The position numbers and the translations under genes are program-made. DNA of 64,000 nucleotides from NCBI GenBank assembly GCA_946541505.1, contig CAMNJO010000006.1, positions 2,423 to 66,422 on the forward strand, in the 5' to 3' direction. Positions 58,740-64,000 of this stretch are shown here, one piece after another (the first letter of the stretch is position 1; every line of letters begins with the position of its first letter). Below the pieces are notes generated by a model that worked only from the letters and a program-made list of their open reading frames with translations, had not been told where the DNA came from and ran no database searches. Origin of the DNA: Selenomonas ruminantium. Lineage in GTDB: Bacteria > Bacillota > Negativicutes > Selenomonadales > Selenomonadaceae.

Positions 58740-61700
58740 CTCACGAATTCAAGGGTCTGCCGGTTTACAATGGTTTCCGTCCTTGTTGCGGTATTTGACC
58801 GCAGAAAATAGACGTTTCCATGCCAAATAATTCTATCGTTAAAGTCAACCAAATGCGGGCAATCATAAAGTTCTAAAGTAACGGATTCCTCCGTTCTACG
58901 GTCAAGCCATTTTATCTGTTCTGTGAGATACGATAACTTATCATACCCGTCTACCGGGAAAGACGTATCTAAAAGCGCATACGCATTCAGGCGCGTCCGT
59001 TGGCCAATTTGCTCTTTTTGAGCCGTATGGCCAGTAACTAAATAACGGTTCCCCTGTCCGTCGTAGACAGCCGTATAATAATTCCCGTGTTCATCGTATG
59101 CACCGCCCGCAAATGCAGCGCTATAACCACCCGTTGCCATCTGCTGGTATTGATATGGAGATATACGGTCGTCAAAGTTTGTGGATGATACTGTGGTTCC
59201 CAAAACGCCATCTTCATCCGCAGAATAAACTTGCGACTGGCCATAACTAACAGGCTTATGATAAGTAGTTACTTCGTCCACACGCTGATCCCCAATTATT
59301 GTGACCGTTTTTTCTTCGGATAAGAACTTTTGCCCGCCGCCTAAATCCTCATACTTGTATGTAGTAATAACGTGCTCTTGGCCGCGGACAACTTCGGTTT
59401 CCTTTACAAGTCCATTATTATCGTGAACCGCGCCACTACCACCGCCAGGCGGTTCAAGTTCTTCCTCTGATGGCCACGGTGTCAAATCCTCCGAAGTCCA
59501 TGATTTATAGAGAGGTTCCACTTCCGTATTATTGTTCGGGTCAGACCCCCATGTTGTCCGAACCAGTTTTTTTACAACGGTATGGACTGTTAGCTTTTTA
59601 TCGTCTAGCGAAACCGTGTTATTTTCGTGACCGCGCTGAACCGCGTAAATGGTATTTCCGCGCATATAGCAATTTATCATGATATGCGGCAGACGTGCTG
59701 TCCAGCCAAAAAGTTCCTCAATCAGCCCGCCATAATTTGTGCCGGATTTAACGTCTGTCGTCATCGTGGAAATCCAATCGTCAAATTGAATGGCCACGGA
59801 TTTTCCGAGTGCTTGCGCAATAGCCGTTATATGTGCGCTCGCCGGAGCGGAGGGCATTTTGTTGATTTCTTCGTCTTGATGTTCCGACTTGTAATTGTTA
59901 TAAGCCTCGTTATATTCGTAAGTCCATTCAAACGCATTCTCCGGGATAGTATATGCCATTTGCCGATATAATATTTCGTCGATATCACAAGTGCATTGAC
60001 AGGATATAAGGACACCCCTTTTGCTGGTTTGCTCGACGCGCCCCATCAAATTATAGTCCCATGCCTGGAAGTCAACGGCCTCCATAATTCCAATGTCGCC
60101 AGCCATAACAAAAGACAGTCTGTCCGTCAACTGCTGTTCCTGCAAGCCGATAGTGACGCTCTGCAAAAAAGATGAGTTCCAGTTTACCTTATGCAGCAAC
60201 TGTCTCCATATATCGCAGTTAAATTCTACGGATTGCGATACCACACGTTGAATGTCAGCCGTTATTTCCGCAGAGTGTCGGATAATCCTTTCCGTGTCAG
60301 GATAATCAACAACGGGGATTTTCAACCGGCGCTGAATATCGAAATCAACAGTAATCGCATTTTGCAGGTTTCTTTCGATATCGGCATCTAAATAGCCACC
60401 ATAGAATAACGTTCTTTCCGTGTCAGCAATAACCCCCGTTGAGGTAACAATCACACGGGATAAGTCGAAGTCTTTATTTACCGGGATTTCCTGCGAAATA
60501 ATTTGTCGCACCGTATCGAAATCAAGTGTTACGGACGTATGGATAACACGCTCGGCATCGGTTTCCATCCATGTGTTCTCGTCAAAACCAATCTGTCTAT
60601 CGCTGATAATAACATTTGAAAAAAGGTTTGTATTGTTATCGGACTGCATATAAAGGCCGGTGAAATAATCGCCGTTGTTTACATTGCCTTTATAAACGAA
60701 CCCTTGACTTTGGAAATTATCGCTATAATGCTTTTGACCGTCAACCCATAATTCAATGATACCGTTTGTTGCGTCGGAAACCATGTGTAAAAGATATGTC
60801 TTACGGGTGGCTTTTGTGATGGTGCCTGCCGGTTTGACATTGACCATTGTTGGCCCGTTGATATAACAAACCAACGAAGTCTCATCATTCTGCCGGGCCA
60901 CACCAGTATCGTTCCCGTTTTCGCAGTTATATACTCGCCATTTCGCGGAGCCGGTATAATATAAATCCCACTTCACCCATAATTCTTTCGCGGCCGGAAT
61001 GTCGAAACAACCGACGCGGCCGCTCTGCCAAAACGCACTCCGAATTCCGGATTTTTCAATAGGCAGGTTTGTGAGTGTATCCCCGGCGACAGTCAATAAT
61101 GTTGCTGTGCCATAATTTTCATATCTCCATGTTTTGTTGACAATCCTTTCCGTATCAAATGACAGGGCCAGCGACCGGGACAAAAGCCTTTCCGTATCAA
61201 AAAACGCCACATTGAACCCGTCCGCAAAAGTCAGTTCCGCATTAGAAATTATTAAATTGCTGACCCAAATATTACCCCCGTCCATTTGAATATAGACGTT
61301 TGCAAAATCGGCCCCGTTGTTGACATTGCCGGTGTATCTATCCCCGTAGCCATTACTAGACGAATACTCAATGACGCCATCACTGGCACCACTTTTCATG
61401 TGAAGCAACATTGACCGCAAGCGATTTTTTGAGAAATAATTTGGCCCGTTTTTACTGGTTCCATTATGCCATAACGCATAATTATTTGAAATAGTTGCGT
61501 CTGTACTCCAGCCATTTCCCCCGTTTCCATCACTGCTATAAATTCGTATGCGGTCCCCGTTTTGATAATCCGCGGTAGTATAGATATCCAACCGAATCCA
61601 AAGTTCCTTGGCCGCCGCAATGTCGAAACAGGCTGTCCGATTTGGCTGGTAGAACGCAACCCCCGTCACGGACTGTTCCAGCGGTAAATCGGTGAGCGTC

Positions 61701-62437
61701 GTACCGCCTGTCACGGTTAAAAGGTCAGCCCTACCGGGATTTTCGTACCGGATAAGTGTCAACGCGTTTTTTACTTTTCTGACGGTTTTAGGATAAAAAA
61801 CTATATTCTGATAAAAGTCTGTTGTTATATCAGAAAGTCTATACCGAAGATTCGTACCGTCCTCAACTATAAGCTCGTCAATGTAACCGATTAGTGCTTG
61901 GTTTCCGTTATTGAAAGCACCAACGGAAATCCTGAATTTTTGTCGGTCATATTGTGTTGGTCCGCTTGTTGTATACCCCCCATCATCACCGACATATAAA
62001 TTCTTATAGGCGCCATATTCGATGAACTGTACAAATACCCAATTCCCGACGGCCTCGCTTGAATTGGTATAAGAATACCCGTAGTCCCGGGAAATATCGG
62101 TTTCCGCATTCACCCAAATTTTTAACTTATTGCTTGTCCCGTCCCTTTGAATTGACAATAACATATAATCATTGTCCGGGTCGTAAATGGTACAGATGCG
62201 GGCATTTGCTGGGGAGGCCGGGTCAACATAAACCCACATTCTCACACAAAAATCCTGACCGCCCAATTCAATATCGTCGGATATTAAATAACTGCTCCCG
62301 TCTAATTGCAATGCTTTTCCGTTTTTTGAATTAGTTGACAACTCCGGGTTCCCGTAGGCTGTCCAATTATTTAATAAGACGTCTTGTGTTACTGTTTTGT
62401 CAAATGGCAACCACGAGGCAATTTGATTCAGGTTCAT
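58730..62437 (-). CDS. Large modular phage tail protein (LamG-like domain, two repeated beta domains, DxxR repeats)
   Basis: ALQLDGSSYL...DFCVRMWVY...GYIDEL LamG-like pattern; internal duplications visible in translation. Confidence 0.65.
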   Translation of the reverse strand: MNLNQIASWLPFDKTVTQDVLLNNWTAYGNPELSTNSKNGKALQLDGSSYLISDDIELGGQDFCVRMWVYVDPASPANARICTIYDPDNDYMLLSIQRDGTSNKLKIWVNAETDISRDYGYSYTNSSEAVGNWVFVQFIEYGAYKNLYVGDDGGYTTSGPTQYDRQKFRISVGAFNNGNQALIGYIDELIVEDGTNLRYRLSDITTDFYQNIVFYPKTVRKVKNALTLIRYENPGRADLLTVTGGTTLTDLPLEQSVTGVAFYQPNRTACFDIAAAKELWIRLDIYTTADYQNGDRIRIYSSDGNGGNGWSTDATISNNYALWHNGTSKNGPNYFSKNRLRSMLLHMKSGASDGVIEYSSSNGYGDRYTGNVNNGADFANVYIQMDGGNIWVSNLIISNAELTFADGFNVAFFDTERLLSRSLALSFDTERIVNKTWRYENYGTATLLTVAGDTLTNLPIEKSGIRSAFWQSGRVGCFDIPAAKELWVKWDLYYTGSAKWRVYNCENGNDTGVARQNDETSLVCYINGPTMVNVKPAGTITKATRKTYLLHMVSDATNGIIELWVDGQKHYSDNFQSQGFVYKGNVNNGDYFTGLYMQSDNNTNLFSNVIISDRQIGFDENTWMETDAERVIHTSVTLDFDTVRQIISQEIPVNKDFDLSRVIVTSTGVIADTERTLFYGGYLDADIERNLQNAITVDFDIQRRLKIPVVDYPDTERIIRHSAEITADIQRVVSQSVEFNCDIWRQLLHKVNWNSSFLQSVTIGLQEQQLTDRLSFVMAGDIGIMEAVDFQAWDYNLMGRVEQTSKRGVLISCQCTCDIDEILYRQMAYTIPENAFEWTYEYNEAYNNYKSEHQDEEINKMPSAPASAHITAIAQALGKSVAIQFDDWISTMTTDVKSGTNYGGLIEELFGWTARLPHIMINCYMRGNTIYAVQRGHENNTVSLDDKKLTVHTVVKKLVRTTWGSDPNNNTEVEPLYKSWTSEDLTPWPSEEELEPPGGGSGAVHDNNGLVKETEVVRGQEHVITTYKYEDLGGGQKFLSEEKTVTIIGDQRVDEVTTYHKPVSYGQSQVYSADEDGVLGTTVSSTNFDDRISPYQYQQMATGGYSAAFAGGAYDEHGNYYTAVYDGQGNRYLVTGHTAQKEQIGQRTRLNAYALLDTSFPVDGYDKLSYLTEQIKWLDRRTEESVTLELYDCPHLVDFNDRIIWHGNVYFLRSNTATRTETIVNRQTLEFVRWY

Positions 62438-62467
62438 AGCCCCGTTCCCCCCTTTCCCCGTTTTTTG

Positions 62468-62878
62468 TTATACTGCCGCAATCGTAGCCGCCACCCGAAG
62501 GGAAACGCTCCTATCCGTGGACGGAACTTCCGTGTTGGCGCTCGACGCTTTTGCATAAAAAACCGTATTTACGTTTGTAATGGCATTACTAATCGTAATA
62601 CTATCCGTGAATGTTCCATTTTCCGTCAAACACAATTTCCAGCGGTCGTTTGTGTCCCCATTATCTGAAATCGTTGTGCTCCCCGTGGTGGTGTAGCCGG
62701 TTTCCGTTCTTACTGCCAGCTTAACTGTCTTGCTTTCGTTTATAGCCGCGTCCAACGAAACCGTCAAAGGGCTGGTATACGTTCCATCCGTAGAAATTGC
62801 CGTTCCGTCAGTACCGCCTGCCGTGGGATTGTTCATATAAAGATTGATATATGCGTTTGCCATTTTCAGCACCTCCAA
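62468..62878 (-). CDS. Phage structural hypothetical protein
   Basis: Thr/Asn/Gly-rich beta protein in tail operon (likely start MANAY). Confidence 0.55.
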   Translation of the reverse strand: MEVLKMANAYINLYMNNPTAGGTDGTAISTDGTYTSPLTVSLDAAINESKTVKLAVRTETGYTTTGSTTISDNGDTNDRWKLCLTENGTFTDSITISNAITNVNTVFYAKASSANTEVPSTDRSVSLRVAATIAAV

Positions 62879-63201
62879 ATTTCAAAATCCAGCATAACAT
62901 AATTCGGGAACCGGGGTTCATACTTATAGGAGCGAATAACTATACGACAATTCTCCCAAATGTCCCCGGTATCGTCTGTAAAAGTAACTTTTTGACGTGC
63001 CCTCCATAGTGCTAAAACCGCATTAAAATTCGTCTTTGAGAATAAACAGGAAACCACAAAGGAATCGCCATCCTCTATGTGACCGTAATCCTGCACCGTG
63101 TTTCCGTTGATGAGCGGCACCTTTTCTATGCGGTCATCTACATTTACTGTAAGGCTCTCTGGAGAGCGATAGCTTTCGATATCATTTATTTTTATCTTCA
63201 T
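62866..63201 (-). CDS. Phage hypothetical protein (distal-tail position)
   Basis: RBS GAGGGC; directly follows tape-measure-like gene. Confidence 0.55.
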   Translation of the reverse strand: MKIKINDIESYRSPESLTVNVDDRIEKVPLINGNTVQDYGHIEDGDSFVVSCLFSKTNFNAVLALWRARQKVTFTDDTGDIWENCRIVIRSYKYEPRFPNYVMLDFEIWRC

Positions 63202-63211
63202 AGCTGCCCTC

Positions 63212-64000
63212 CTAGTTCCCGAAACCGGTATTTATTCGACTGGTAGCTTCATTGACTGCACTGGTTACAGCGTTTGCGACATTATTTGTGATATCGTCCG
63301 TCAACCGTTGTTTCATTGCATTGTCGAAAACATAAGCACCGCCGAGATTAACATTTATCGACGGGCTGACATTTATCTCCGGCGCACTTTGACTCCTTTG
63401 CTCAATGGCCCCGAGTATTGCAGACAAGTTTGTATTGACCTCCGGAACCTGGCTGTTAATCTGTCCGAGGATATCAATAGTCTGTTCATTGTTTTGCGAC
63501 AATACATTTGATAATTCGGAAATCCCGTTTGAGGTGCCATCTGAGATTAGACTGGAGCCCCAATTATTGGCTTCCTTCATGGCTTTTTGAAATCCCATAA
63601 TTTCTGCCATACTGGTTCTTTCGTTCGGGCTGACACCAGCTTCCGCCATCATGACCCGCTGAATCGCTCGGATAGCGTTCTTCTGTCTGTCCCCTTGTGA
63701 CTGCGTAAAGTCATAGAACCCGCCACCGTCAGCCGAGATATTCCCGGCCATTGCATTGCGGTACAATGCGAGATACTTCTTTTGGCTGGTAAACATACTC
63801 TTGACACTATCATTCACAGCCTGTTTTTTCTGTTGTTCGGCGGCTCTCGTTGCTGTGACTTCGTCCATACCCTTCTTTATCCAGGTCTTGCGTTCTCGTT
63901 CAATTTGCCGGAGCCGTTGAGTCAAAGAATCCTCATAAACACTATCAAGATATTGCGCCGTTTCCCGTGCACTGTCCTCGATAACCTTTTGTCTCTTTAA
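63212..64000 (-). CDS. Tape-measure-like protein, C-terminal part; runs off window
   Basis: Frame open to window edge; helical/coiled-coil with typical INVSPSINVNL tail. Confidence 0.6.
   Translation of the reverse strand, partial: LKRQKVIEDSARETAQYLDSVYEDSLTQRLRQIERERKTWIKKGMDEVTATRAAEQQKKQAVNDSVKSMFTSQKKYLALYRNAMAGNISADGGGFYDFTQSQGDRQKNAIRAIQRVMMAEAGVSPNERTSMAEIMGFQKAMKEANNWGSSLISDGTSNGISELSNVLSQNNEQTIDILGQINSQVPEVNTNLSAILGAIEQRSQSAPEINVSPSINVNLGGAYVFDNAMKQRLTDDITNNVANAVTSAVNEATSRINTGFGN

Larger units (their letters stand above)
55650..64000 (-). mobile_element. Distal end of prophage-like (or tailocin-like) tail and lysis module; continues beyond window
   Basis: Co-directional, tightly packed genes: tape-measure-like C-terminus, tail hypotheticals, LamG-containing large protein, holin, GH25 lysin. 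Confidence 0.75.

Overview
Chromosomal segment of a diderm Firmicute. Gene content and style suggest Negativicutes, probably Selenomonas-like (inferred). Most genes lie on the minus strand. (1) 1-17900: a Wzx/Wzy-dependent surface polysaccharide locus. It holds a small RHH regulator, a Wzz/GumC protein, a decayed IS4/IS701-like element, wbaP, glycosyltransferases, wzy, LicD plus a cytidylyltransferase, fdtB/fdtA-like genes, two paralogous acyltransferases (one frameshifted at an (AT)6 tract), a pyruvyltransferase and a flippase. (2) 18100-23500: sdaAA/AB, dapA, aroB, aroK, aroC. (3) 23600-28060: a type IV/competence pilin cluster. (4) 28230-35040: a LacI-controlled fructan utilisation locus with two GH32 enzymes, an MFS permease and a coiled-coil outer-membrane porin. 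(5) 35060-55130: housekeeping genes (recO, era, ybeY, phoH, dhaM, purL, Lrp plus aminotransferase, tRNA-Pro, trxA, tRNA-Leu, an MCP, trmD, rimM, rpsP, ffh, ylxM). (6) 55650-64000: the distal end of a phage-like tail and lysis module that runs off the window. No CRISPR array or rRNA was seen.
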